A stretch of DNA of 64,000 bases from an uncultured Desulfovibrio sp. GTDB taxonomy: Bacteria > Desulfobacterota > Desulfovibrionia > Desulfovibrionales > Desulfovibrionaceae. A program made the translations under genes and the position numbers. The DNA lies in assembly GCA_964522365.1 (NCBI GenBank), contig CAZFTQ010000002.1, positions 195-64,194 on the forward strand, given 5' to 3'. The notes beneath the pieces are model-generated. The model was not told the origin of the DNA and made no database searches. It was given only the letters and a program-made list of their open reading frames with translations. Below, in pieces: positions 18,194 through 26,853 of this stretch; the stretch's first letter is position 1; every line of letters begins with the position of its first letter.

Positions 18194-19657
18194 TCACATG
18201 AGCCGCAGGGAGCCGTTGCCCGGGCAGAGGCGCCGCTCCAGAGTCTGGAGGAGCGGGGTCAGGCCGAAGCCCGTGCGGGCGGAGACCGGGATGGCCTCCG
18301 GGAAGGCGTCGCCCAGTTCCGCCTGGGCCTGCGCCGGCAGAAGATCCCACTTGTTGAGGACGAGGATGCCGGGAATGTCGTCCAGTTCCATTTCTTCCAG
18401 AATGGCCGTCACGGCCTCTATCTGCTGAAAGACGTCCGGGTGGGCGGCGTCGGCCACATGGACGAGGAGATCCGCCTCCTCCAGCTCTTCCAGGGTGGCC
18501 TGGAAGGCGTCCAGAAGTTCACGGGGGAGGTTGCGGATGAAGCCCACGGTGTCCACCAGGATGATTTCCCGCTCCGCGGGAAAGCGCAGGCGCCGGGTGG
18601 TGGTGTCCAGGGTGGCGAAGAGCTTGTCTTCCGTGAGCACCCGGGATCGGGTGAGCGTGTTCAGGAGGGTGGACTTGCCGGCGTTGGTGTAGCCCACCAG
18701 GGCGGCCACGGGGATGTTGCCGCGGGCCCTGTTGCTGCGCACATACGAGCGCTGGTCGCGGAGGCGCTCCAGTTCGGCGCGCAGGCGCCCCATGCGCTCG
18801 CGGCTGCGGCGGCGGTCGATCTCGAGCTTGGTCTCGCCGGGGCCCCGGCCGCCGATGCCGCCCATGAGGCGGTCCATGGCCCGGTTTCTGCCCGTGAGCC
18901 TCGGGAGCATGTACTGGAGCTGGGCGAGCTCCACCTGGAGCTTGCCGGCGCTCGTCACGGCGTGCTGGGCGAAGATGTCCAGAATGAGCTGGGTGCGGTC
19001 CAGCACCTTGCGCTCGGTGATGTCCGCGAGGGTGTGCAGCTGGGCCGGGCTCAGCTCGCCGTCAAAGACCAGGGTGTCCGCCCGGGCCATGAGGGCCTGC
19101 ACTTCCAGCTCGGCCATCTTGCCGCGACCCAGCAGGCTGCGGGGCTGGGTGCTGCGCACCCGCTGGGTCATGCGGCCGCAGACCGTGAGGCCGGCCGTCC
19201 GGGCGAGCTCGCCGAGCTCGTCCAGATTGTGTTCCTGGTGCGAGCGCTGCTCGGTGGAGACCGAGACGAGGATGCAGCGGTTTTCCTCGCTCTGCTCGCG
19301 GCCGGCGGAGGCTTCCCTGGCCAGTTCTTCTTCCAGGGCCAGGGCGGTGGCCGTGGTGTCGGCCTGGGCCTGATCCCAGGGCCGCATGGTTTCCACCCGG
19401 TAGGCTTCGCCGGCTGTGGGCGGGAGCAGATGCGCCGTCTGCCACTGGACGGGATCCCCGTCGGGGGAGACCGTGAGGACGGTCACGGCGTCCAGCCGCA
19501 GGAAGAGCATGTCCATGAGATCTTCTTCGCTCAGACCCTGCGGATTGAGGTGGGTGTGCAGGAGGCGCAGCCCCCTGAGACGGGTGGTGCTCACGCGGGA
19601 GCGGGCGAGTTCGGGAATGTAGATGCCGTCGGCCCGCCCCACGATGGTCATGCTCAC
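18194..19657 (-). CDS. hflX: GTPase HflX (coordinates to the last canonical start; the frame probably extends to about 19840, see findings)
   Basis: GYTNAGKSTLLNTLT (G1), DTVGFI (G3), NKWD (G4), and the HflX N-domain LILDIFAQHA...KLQVELAQLQY. Confidence 0.9.
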   Translation of the reverse strand: MSMTIVGRADGIYIPELARSRVSTTRLRGLRLLHTHLNPQGLSEEDLMDMLFLRLDAVTVLTVSPDGDPVQWQTAHLLPPTAGEAYRVETMRPWDQAQADTTATALALEEELAREASAGREQSEENRCILVSVSTEQRSHQEHNLDELGELARTAGLTVCGRMTQRVRSTQPRSLLGRGKMAELEVQALMARADTLVFDGELSPAQLHTLADITERKVLDRTQLILDIFAQHAVTSAGKLQVELAQLQYMLPRLTGRNRAMDRLMGGIGGRGPGETKLEIDRRRSRERMGRLRAELERLRDQRSYVRSNRARGNIPVAALVGYTNAGKSTLLNTLTRSRVLTEDKLFATLDTTTRRLRFPAEREIILVDTVGFIRNLPRELLDAFQATLEELEEADLLVHVADAAHPDVFQQIEAVTAILEEMELDDIPGILVLNKWDLLPAQAQAELGDAFPEAIPVSARTGFGLTPLLQTLERRLCPGNGSLRLM

Positions 19658-19858
19658 GCGGCCCCGGCGGTCCAGAAGCAGGCCGATCTGCCGCTCCAGG
19701 GAACGGGAGAGCAGGGCCAGTTCCCTGGCCTGCTCCAGGGTGTAGACCTGGTCGGAGGGAAACCTGCGCCTGCCCAGACGCTCCAGAGCCTTGAGCTGGG
19801 CCGGCTTCAGTCCCTGCAGATTGCCGTCAAGCCGTGAAATGGGAAACCTCCGGCGGGA

Positions 19859-20449
19859 TCAGGGACGTATGTAGGAGGTGATGAGCGCGTCGTAGCGGGA
19901 GGTGGCGTCAAAGGCCCGCGAGGCCATGCGCTGCCGGAAGAGGAGGGAGGAGCGCATGCCGTTGGCTTCCAGGTCCTCCATGGCCGGGCCGTACCATTCC
20001 GGGCCCGGGATGACCAGGACGGAGTGGAAGTTCTTGGCCGCGGCGCGGATGAGGCAGGGACCGCCGATGTCGATTTCCTCCACGGCCTCCTCCAGGGAGA
20101 GGTGCCGCGCCATGGCGCCGGCGAAATTGTAGAGATTGACGCAGACCAGATCGAAGGGCCGGATCTTCAGCTCTTCCAGCACCCGCATGTGCTCGGGCAG
20201 ATCCTTGTTGGCCAGAATGCCGGCGTGGATGTGCGGATGGAGGGTTTTCACTCTGCCGTTGAGAATTTCCGGAAAGCCCGTCACCTCGCTCACGGAGTGC
20301 ACGGGCAGCCCGGCGTCCCGGAGGGCTTTCATGGTGCCGCCGGTGGACACGAGCTCGACCCCGCGGCCGCTGAGGAAGGAGGCAAATTCCACAAGTCCGT
20401 TCTTGTCGGTCACGCTGAGGATGGCCCGGCGGACAGGGAGCAGATCCAT
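19859..20449 (-). CDS. Stand-alone IMP cyclohydrolase (PurH N-terminal MGS-like domain only)
   Basis: ORF 19859..20656. ATG 20449 follows AGGAGGAG. About 196 aa, colinear with the first 200 residues or so of PurH (AILSVTDKNGLVEFA, VSTGGT, GRVKTLHP, VNLYNF, IDIGGP..RAAAKN). No AICAR transformylase domain follows. Confidence 0.85.
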   Translation of the reverse strand: MDLLPVRRAILSVTDKNGLVEFASFLSGRGVELVSTGGTMKALRDAGLPVHSVSEVTGFPEILNGRVKTLHPHIHAGILANKDLPEHMRVLEELKIRPFDLVCVNLYNFAGAMARHLSLEEAVEEIDIGGPCLIRAAAKNFHSVLVIPGPEWYGPAMEDLEANGMRSSLLFRQRMASRAFDATSRYDALITSYIRP

Positions 20450-20771
20450 TTTCTCCTCCTGGAGAGAGAGTTCCTGGCCGGCGGAGCCGGCAGGGGCAGA
20501 GGGGGACTGAACTGCCGGATCCAGTATGCCACACTCAGCGCAGAAAGGCAAAAAAGAGCCGGCCGCAGCCCTCTTCCCCGCGGAAAGGGCCGCGCAGGCC
20601 CTTCTCCGCCGGAAGGCGACTCTTCCGGCGGAGGGAATCTCTGCATGGATTTTCAAGCTTTTCTTGAATTTTTCCGCGCCCCTTCCAGGCCCTTCCGCGG
20701 GCCCTCGGACCGTGTCCGGGGCCTTCCGGAGGCCGGAGAGGAAAGGTCCTGAATCTCACATGTTACAGGAA

Positions 20772-20804
20772 ATCAGGATATAGAGATATCAGGATATCCG
20801 GATA
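20772..20804. repeat. Direct 10-mer repeat ATCAGGATAT x2 plus a third GGATA, inside an AT-rich island
   Basis: ATCAGGATAT at 20772-20781 and 20788-20797. GGATA again at 20800-20804. GGATATCC palindrome at 20792-20799. Confidence 0.6.
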
Positions 20805-21079
20805 CAGTGAACCGTTGCCGGCACGCTTTTCTTGACATTGCGTCCTGACTGTGCCAGTCCTCAGAGACTGAAAACGGCTGCGTTTTCACTTCGGCGGGAG
20901 AGCCTGCGGAGCCGGGCGGGACGCGGACTGCCCTGACAGCCGTCCTCCGGCGCGAAGCTGCTCCTCAACGTGCCGCCGACGGCCCCGGGGCCGCGGCCGG
21001 GCACGTTTTTCTTTCGCGGAACCTGCCCGCCTTCGCCGGTTTCCGCGCAGGCCTGAAGGCCCTTCCTCCTTCCCCACTC

Positions 21080-23050
21080 TTGCGCTCTCCGCCCCGTTCT
21101 TCGGGCGGACACGGGAGAACCCCATCCTTGAACAATACCCACTGCAATCAGCTCCAGCCCTGGCGCGTCGAGGATTCCGCTGAACTCTACGGCGTCCAGA
21201 CATGGGGCGCCGGCTATTTCGACGTCTCCGCCAAGGGCGAGGTGGTCATCTGTCCCTACGGGCCCAGCGGTCCGCAGGTGCCGATCCCGGAGATCATCCG
21301 GGGCATCCGCGAGCGGGGCTACAGCATGCCCTGCCTGCTGCGCGTGGAAAACATTCTCGATTCGCAGATCGCCAGTCTCCACGGCTCCTTCAACCGGGCC
21401 ATAAAATCGCAGGGGTACAAGGGAAAGTACCGGGGCGTCTTCCCCATCAAGGTCAATCAGCAGCAGCAGGTCATCGAGGAAATCGCGGACTTCGGCGCCC
21501 AGTTCCACCACGGGCTCGAAGTGGGCTCCAAGGGCGAGCTCATCGCGGCGGTCTCCCACATGCACGACCGGGAGGCCTGCCTCATCTGCAACGGCTACAA
21601 GGACGGCGAGTTCATCGATCTGGGCCTCCAGGCCCAGCGCCTGGGGCTCAATGTCTTCTTTGTCATTGAAATGCCGGGAGAACTGGAGACCATCCTGGAG
21701 CGGGCGGCCATTCTGGACATGCGTCCCCGGCTGGGGGTGCGCGTCAAGCTCTCCACCAGAGCCAGCGGCCACTGGGCCGAATCCGGCGGCGAGCGCTCCG
21801 TCTTCGGCCTCTCGCCCACGGAAATCGTGGACATCATTGACACCCTCAAGGCCCATGACATGCTGGACTGCCTGCAGCTGCTCCACTACCACCTGGGCTC
21901 GCAGGTCTCCAACATCCGGGACATCCGTCTGGGCGCCATGGAAGGGGCCCGCTTCTACAACGGCCTCGTCCACGAAGGGGCCCCCATGGGCTATCTGGAC
22001 CTGGGCGGCGGCCTCGCCGTGGACTACGACGGCTCCCACACCAACTATCTCTCCTCCCGCAACTACACCCTGGACGAGTACACCGCGGACATCGTGGAAG
22101 CCATCATGTCCACCCTGGACGAGGAGAATGTGCCGCATCCCCACATCGTCACGGAGTCCGGCCGGGCCACGGTGGCCTACTATTCCATTCTTCTCTTCAA
22201 CATCCTGGACGTGAGCCGGCTCGAGCCCATGCCGCTTCCGGACGAGCTCCCGGACGACGCGCCGGAGCCCCTCAAGAACCTCCGGGAGGTGCTCGCCTCC
22301 ATCTCCCCCCGCAGCCTGCAGGAATGCTACAACGACGCGGTCTACTACCGCGGCGAGGTGCGTCAGCTCTTCTCCACCGGGGACGCCACCCTGCGCCAGC
22401 GCTGCCTCTCCGAGCGCTTCTTCTGGACCATCCTCATGCGCATTTCCGAGGAACTGCCCAAGCTCAAGACCATTCCCCGGGATCTTCAGGACATCGACGC
22501 CCATCTGGCCGACATCTACTACGGCAATTTCAGCATCTTCCAGTCCCTGCCCGACTCCTGGGCCATAGACCAGCTCTTCCCCATCATGCCGGTCCACCGC
22601 CTCCAGGAATACCCCTCCCGCCGGGGCGTCATCTCGGACATCACCTGCGATTCCGACGGCCAGATCGACCATTTCATCGATCAGCAGGGCAACAAGCGCA
22701 CGCTGGAGCTCCATCCCCTGCGCAGCGGCGAGGAATACTATCTGGGCGTCTTCCTGGTGGGCGCCTACCAGGAGACCCTGGGCGATCTGCACAATCTCAT
22801 GGGCGACAACAATGTCGTCTCCATCCGCGTGGAGGAGGACGGCTCCTACGAATTCGTCCGGGAGCAGGAGGGCGACACGGTGGCCGATGTGCTCTCCTAT
22901 GTGGAATACCACCCCAGACGCATCATGGAGTCCCTGCGCAGCATGGCCGAGCGGGCCGTGCGGGAAGGCCGCATCACGGCCTCCCAGCGTTTCTCCTTCC
23001 TCCAGGTCTTCGAGGACGGCCTGCGGGGCTACACCTATTTCGAGCGCTGA
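21080..23050 (+). CDS. speA: Biosynthetic arginine decarboxylase
   Basis: 656-aa ORF. WRVEDSAELYGVQTWGAGYF N-terminus, PLP region FPIKVNQQ, GYLDLGGGLAVDY. The only in-frame start is TTG 21080 with no clear SD, so the start is uncertain. Confidence 0.9.
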   Translation: MRSPPRSSGGHGRTPSLNNTHCNQLQPWRVEDSAELYGVQTWGAGYFDVSAKGEVVICPYGPSGPQVPIPEIIRGIRERGYSMPCLLRVENILDSQIASLHGSFNRAIKSQGYKGKYRGVFPIKVNQQQQVIEEIADFGAQFHHGLEVGSKGELIAAVSHMHDREACLICNGYKDGEFIDLGLQAQRLGLNVFFVIEMPGELETILERAAILDMRPRLGVRVKLSTRASGHWAESGGERSVFGLSPTEIVDIIDTLKAHDMLDCLQLLHYHLGSQVSNIRDIRLGAMEGARFYNGLVHEGAPMGYLDLGGGLAVDYDGSHTNYLSSRNYTLDEYTADIVEAIMSTLDEENVPHPHIVTESGRATVAYYSILLFNILDVSRLEPMPLPDELPDDAPEPLKNLREVLASISPRSLQECYNDAVYYRGEVRQLFSTGDATLRQRCLSERFFWTILMRISEELPKLKTIPRDLQDIDAHLADIYYGNFSIFQSLPDSWAIDQLFPIMPVHRLQEYPSRRGVISDITCDSDGQIDHFIDQQGNKRTLELHPLRSGEEYYLGVFLVGAYQETLGDLHNLMGDNNVVSIRVEEDGSYEFVREQEGDTVADVLSYVEYHPRRIMESLRSMAERAVREGRITASQRFSFLQVFEDGLRGYTYFER

Positions 23051-23092
23051 AAAAGGAGGCCCCGGAACGGGCCTGAAAAATCCGACCGGACG

Positions 23093-23128
23093 AAAAAAGC
23101 CGCTTCCTCTCAGGGAAACGGCTTTTTC
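23093..23128. terminator. Bidirectional terminator between convergent speA and the lipoprotein gene
   Basis: A-run, then stem AGCCGCTTCC / GGAAACGGCT (one mismatch), then TTTTT. Confidence 0.6.
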
Positions 23129-23150
23129 TGTTCCGGGTTTCGCGGGATTT

Positions 23151-23813
23151 CTAGAGGCGCTCGGCCTTGGGCTCGCCGCCGCGGGGCTTCGTGCCCGGCA
23201 TGACGGGGGTCCGATCGGGCTGCGGGCTCGGCAGGGGCTGCACGTCCCGGGCGTACCTGACGGCCGTTTCTTCCAGGACGGCCTTGCCCACGATGAGCCA
23301 CCTGTCGCCCTTTTTGCGCAGGGCGATCCAGCTCGTCATGTTGGCCGTGGTGGTGACCCTGGCCACCGCCGTCTCTTCATCCAGCTTTTTCACCTCGGCC
23401 TGTTCCAGAGCCCTGGGATCCCAGGGGCAGTCGGGGGTCTGGGCCTTGGTGCACTGGTTGACCAGCTCGCCGCTGCCCACGGTGCGGACGAAGGTCTTGG
23501 TGTACTGCTGCTTCAGGTTCATGACCGAATTGAGCAGGGCGCCGAGATCCGTCTGGAGGTCCAGCATGGAGCCGAGCTTGCCGGCAAAGTCCAGCAGGGC
23601 GTTGTCCTGGCGGAGATTGGCCAGCTCGTGGCTGGCGAAGGCGTCCATGTCCACCTGGGCCAGGAAGGCGCCGCTGTCCTTGGCCTTGAGGGCTTTGGCC
23701 GTTTCTTCCAGGCTGCTTTCCGGGCCCGAGCCCTTGCAGCCTGCCAGACAGAAGACAAGGCAGAGAGCCAGCAGAAGGGCGCAGCCTCTGGCGGGGAAAT
23801 GAGTGTTCAGCAT
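23151..23813 (-). CDS. Hypothetical lipoprotein
   Basis: 220 aa. Signal peptide with lipobox LAGC (MLNTHFPARGCALLLALCLVFCLAGCKG). Normal composition, whereas the overlapping + strand ORF is Ser/Arg/Ala-rich. Confidence 0.75.
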   Translation of the reverse strand: MLNTHFPARGCALLLALCLVFCLAGCKGSGPESSLEETAKALKAKDSGAFLAQVDMDAFASHELANLRQDNALLDFAGKLGSMLDLQTDLGALLNSVMNLKQQYTKTFVRTVGSGELVNQCTKAQTPDCPWDPRALEQAEVKKLDEETAVARVTTTANMTSWIALRKKGDRWLIVGKAVLEETAVRYARDVQPLPSPQPDRTPVMPGTKPRGGEPKAERL

Positions 23814-23900
23814 GTTCTCCTCAGACAGAGCGTGATGTTTTGGCCCTGCGCGCTGGTTTGTCCGGCAGGGTCGGTCGGAAGAATCTACACCCGGAGCTTT

Positions 23901-24578
23901 TCAGGGGCAAGCGTCCGGAAAGAGGCCGGGGGAGGCGGCGTCCGCCTCGTCCGGCAGAGGGGAGACGAGGGCTCTGCCGCCGGTCGCTTCCGCGAGATCC
24001 TCCTGAAAGGCCCGGGCCGCGGGATCGGGGAGCTCCACCGTGAGCAGGACTGAGGCGCCGTAGTCCTCGGCAAGGACCCGGGCGCCGTGCCTGGCAAGAA
24101 GCCTGCGCGCCCGGTCGGAGTCGGCGTAGTCCAGACGCAGGGAGAGGCGCAGGGGCAGGACTTTGGGGGCCAGGGGCAGATCGGCGAGACAGGCGGAGAC
24201 GCTCTCCTGATAGGCCCGCACCAGGCCCCCCGTGCCCAGCTTGACGCCCCCGAACCAGCGGGTCACCACGCAGCAGATCTCGCCCACCCCCGAGTGGAGG
24301 AGCACCGTGAGCATGGGACGACCGGCCGTGCCCCTGGGCTCGCCGTCGTCGCTCGCGCCGATGCGGGCCGTGGAGCCCGGCGGACCCGCCACATAGGCCC
24401 AGCAGTTGTGGGTGGCGTCCGGCCAGCGGGCCCGGATGGATTCCACGAAGTCCCTGGCCGCCCCGGGCGTTTCCGCCCGGGCCGCCTGGGCCAGAAAACG
24501 GCTGCGGCGCACGGTCATGGCGCTCTCGTGGCATTGCCCCGGAGGGAGAGATGGAATATTGAAGGGCTGTCCGGACAT
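23901..24578 (-). CDS. YigZ/IMPACT-family (UPF0029) protein
   Basis: ORF 23901..24665. RSRFLAQA...DATHNCWAY...SDDGEPRGTAGRPML...VVTRWFGGVKLGTGGLVRAY. ATG 24578 is preferred. Confidence 0.85.
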   Translation of the reverse strand: MSGQPFNIPSLPPGQCHESAMTVRRSRFLAQAARAETPGAARDFVESIRARWPDATHNCWAYVAGPPGSTARIGASDDGEPRGTAGRPMLTVLLHSGVGEICCVVTRWFGGVKLGTGGLVRAYQESVSACLADLPLAPKVLPLRLSLRLDYADSDRARRLLARHGARVLAEDYGASVLLTVELPDPAARAFQEDLAEATGGRALVSPLPDEADAASPGLFPDACP

Positions 24579-24690
24579 GGCGGGCTCGTCCCGGAAGGCG
24601 CGGTCCCCGCGCGGGCGAAACAGGGGCCGCCGCGGGCGCGTTCCCGGAAAAAATTTTCGTCTCACCCCTTTACAAAAGGGGCGAACATAG

Positions 24691-24715
24691 CTTATCAGGA
24701 ATCATTCTCAATAAG
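24691..24715. promoter_or_regulatory. Imperfect 25-nt palindrome, candidate Fur-family (PerR/Fur-like) operator upstream of rubrerythrin
   Basis: CTTATCAGGAATCATTCTCAATAAG with outer arms CTTAT/ATAAG and core GAATCATTC. It lies 51-75 nt upstream of ATG 24766. Confidence 0.4.
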
Positions 24716-24765
24716 GAAACCGCTACCCACATGATTTCCGCCCGAGAGGGCAGGAGGAAAACCGA

Positions 24766-25257
24766 ATGAGCAAGACCCTTGACAACCTCATGGCCGCCTT
24801 CGCCGGCGAGTCCCAGGCCAACCGCAAGTACCTCGCCTTCGCCGAAGTGGCCGACAAGGAAGGCAAAGCCCAGATCGCCAAACTTTTCCGCGCCGCCGCG
24901 GCCGCCGAGACCATTCACGCCCACGCGCATCTGCGCAACGCCGGCCAGGTGGGCACCACCGAAGAGAACCTCAAGGCGGCTCTGGAAGGGGAAACCCACG
25001 AATTCACGAAAATGTATCCTGAAATGATCGCCGACGCAAAGGCCGAAAACGAGGCCAAGGTGGGCAGATACTTTGACTTTGCCTGCAAAGTCGAGGAAGT
25101 GCACGCCAACCTCTACAAAAAGGCCATCGAAGGCGCCTCCGCCTTTGACGGCGACTACTATGTCTGCCCCATCTGCGGCTACACCCATGAAGGCCCCCTG
25201 GACGGCGCCTGTCCCGTCTGCGGCGCCAAGGGCTCCGTCTTCAAAAAAATCGACTAG
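24766..25257 (+). CDS. rbr: Rubrerythrin
   Basis: 163 aa. Ferritin-like diiron helices (ESQANRKY, EGETHEF, EEVHANLY) plus a C-terminal rubredoxin-like CPICG...CPVCG. Confidence 0.95.
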   Translation: MSKTLDNLMAAFAGESQANRKYLAFAEVADKEGKAQIAKLFRAAAAAETIHAHAHLRNAGQVGTTEENLKAALEGETHEFTKMYPEMIADAKAENEAKVGRYFDFACKVEEVHANLYKKAIEGASAFDGDYYVCPICGYTHEGPLDGACPVCGAKGSVFKKID

Positions 25258-25441
25258 CGGACTTTTTCCCGTCCGCGCCGTCCGGGCGCCTTCCCCGCCC
25301 GGACGGAACATGCCTCCAGCCCGGAGAATCCCCACGGCACAGCCCCGGATCTCCGGGTTTTCCCGTCTCCGCCGGCATTGCCTTTTTCGGGGAAATGGAG
25401 CACCATGCGCCCGTTATTTTTTTTCCTTGAGGTGATCCCCC

Positions 25442-26779
25442 ATGCGTCACTGCGTCGCAGGCCTTCTTCTGGCGCTGCTTTTTTTCACAGGCTTTTTCCC
25501 GCCCGCGCAGGCGCAGGCGGCTCCCGAGGCGAAGTCTCAGGCCGCCGAGCCCGCGAAACCCCAGCTCGGCAAGTTTGACGCTCTGCGCCGCTTCGGACAG
25601 GTGCTGGACATCGTGGAGCGCAACTATGTCCGTGACATCGGTCAGAACGAGCTGGTGGACGGCGCCATAAAGGGCATGCTGCAGTGTCTGGATCCGCACT
25701 CCACCTTCCTGACGGCGGAAGAATACAAGGAGATGCAGGAGACCACCTCGGGCGAGTTCTTCGGCATCGGCGTGGAAATCTCCATGGAGAACGGGCAGGT
25801 CACGGTGGTTGCCCCCATCGAGGACACCCCCGCCTTCAAGGCCGGCATGAAAACCGGCGACGTGATCCTCACCATCAACGGCCAGACCACCCAGGAAATG
25901 TCCCTGCAGGACGTGGTCTCCCGCATCCGCGGGCCCATGGGCACCAAGGTGGAGCTCACCATCCTCCACGCCAGCGGCAAGGAGCCCGAAACCCTGAGCC
26001 TCGTGCGCTCGGCCATCCCCATCATCAGCGTGAAGAGCAAGAAGCTGGAGGACGGCTACTACTGGATACGCGTCACCCGCTTCTCCGAAAAGACCACGGA
26101 CGAGCTGGTGGAAGCCCTGGCGGCGGCCGCCAAGGAAAGCAGAACCAGGGGCGTCAAGGGCTTCGTGCTGGATCTGCGCAACAATCCCGGCGGCCTGCTG
26201 ACCCAGGCCGTGAGCGTGTCCGACCTCTTCCTCTCCGAAGGGCCCATCGTCTCCATCAAGGGCCGCTCCGGCGGCCAGGGCCGGGTCTATTCGGCGGAAA
26301 GCCAGCCCTCGGACGTGCAGGCCCCCATGGTGGTCCTCATCAACGCGGGCTCCGCGTCGGCCTCCGAAATCGTGGCCGGCGCCCTCAAGGACCAGCACAG
26401 AGCCCTCATCGTGGGCGAGCGCTCCTTCGGCAAGGGCTCGGTGCAGAACATCACCCCCCTGGCCGACGGCTCGGGCCTCAAGCTCACGGTGGCCCTCTAC
26501 TACACGCCCAACGGCACCTCCATCCAGGCCGAGGGCGTGAGCCCCGACATCGAGATCCCCTTCGAAGCCACGGAAAAGAAGGAGAGCGATTCCCGTCTCC
26601 TGCTCCGTGAGGCCGATCTCAACCGCCATCTGGAAAACCGGAGCTCCGCCGGCCTGAGCGCCAGGGAGAAGAGCGCGGACCAGCAGGTGAAGGAACAGCT
26701 CGCCAGGGACAACCAGCTGCGCATGGCCCTGCAGATCGTCAAGGGCCTGCCCAGCATGCACTCCCTCAGGTTCAAATAG
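25442..26779 (+). CDS. Carboxy-terminal processing protease (S41 family, PDZ-containing)
   Basis: 445 aa. Signal peptide, PDZ segment, and NPGGLL, GSASASEIVAGAL, ERSFGKGSVQ motifs. Confidence 0.9.
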   Translation: MRHCVAGLLLALLFFTGFFPPAQAQAAPEAKSQAAEPAKPQLGKFDALRRFGQVLDIVERNYVRDIGQNELVDGAIKGMLQCLDPHSTFLTAEEYKEMQETTSGEFFGIGVEISMENGQVTVVAPIEDTPAFKAGMKTGDVILTINGQTTQEMSLQDVVSRIRGPMGTKVELTILHASGKEPETLSLVRSAIPIISVKSKKLEDGYYWIRVTRFSEKTTDELVEALAAAAKESRTRGVKGFVLDLRNNPGGLLTQAVSVSDLFLSEGPIVSIKGRSGGQGRVYSAESQPSDVQAPMVVLINAGSASASEIVAGALKDQHRALIVGERSFGKGSVQNITPLADGSGLKLTVALYYTPNGTSIQAEGVSPDIEIPFEATEKKESDSRLLLREADLNRHLENRSSAGLSAREKSADQQVKEQLARDNQLRMALQIVKGLPSMHSLRFK

Positions 26780-26853
26780 CCGCCGGCGCGGCAGTTTTTC
26801 CGAAGGCCATGCCCCTTGCGCGGGCATGGCCTTCTTCAACAGGAGGAAGAGAC

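Noticed and set aside
20450-20760. Possible ZTP (pfl) riboswitch in the long leader of the PurH-like gene, since purH is a classic ZTP-regulated gene.
   Set aside because: I read the minus-strand leader and found neither the GGGUCG... 5' sub-domain nor the CCGCCUGGGC-type 3' pseudoknot element. I see only generic GC hairpins and a weak terminator-like structure. An Infernal scan would be decisive.
20836-20856. TGGCAC on the minus strand (20851-20856) as a sigma-54 promoter for the IMPCH gene.
   Set aside because: At the required spacing the sequence reads TGGCACagtcaGGACGCAA. The GC of a -12 element is 2 nt out of register, and there is no TTGC.
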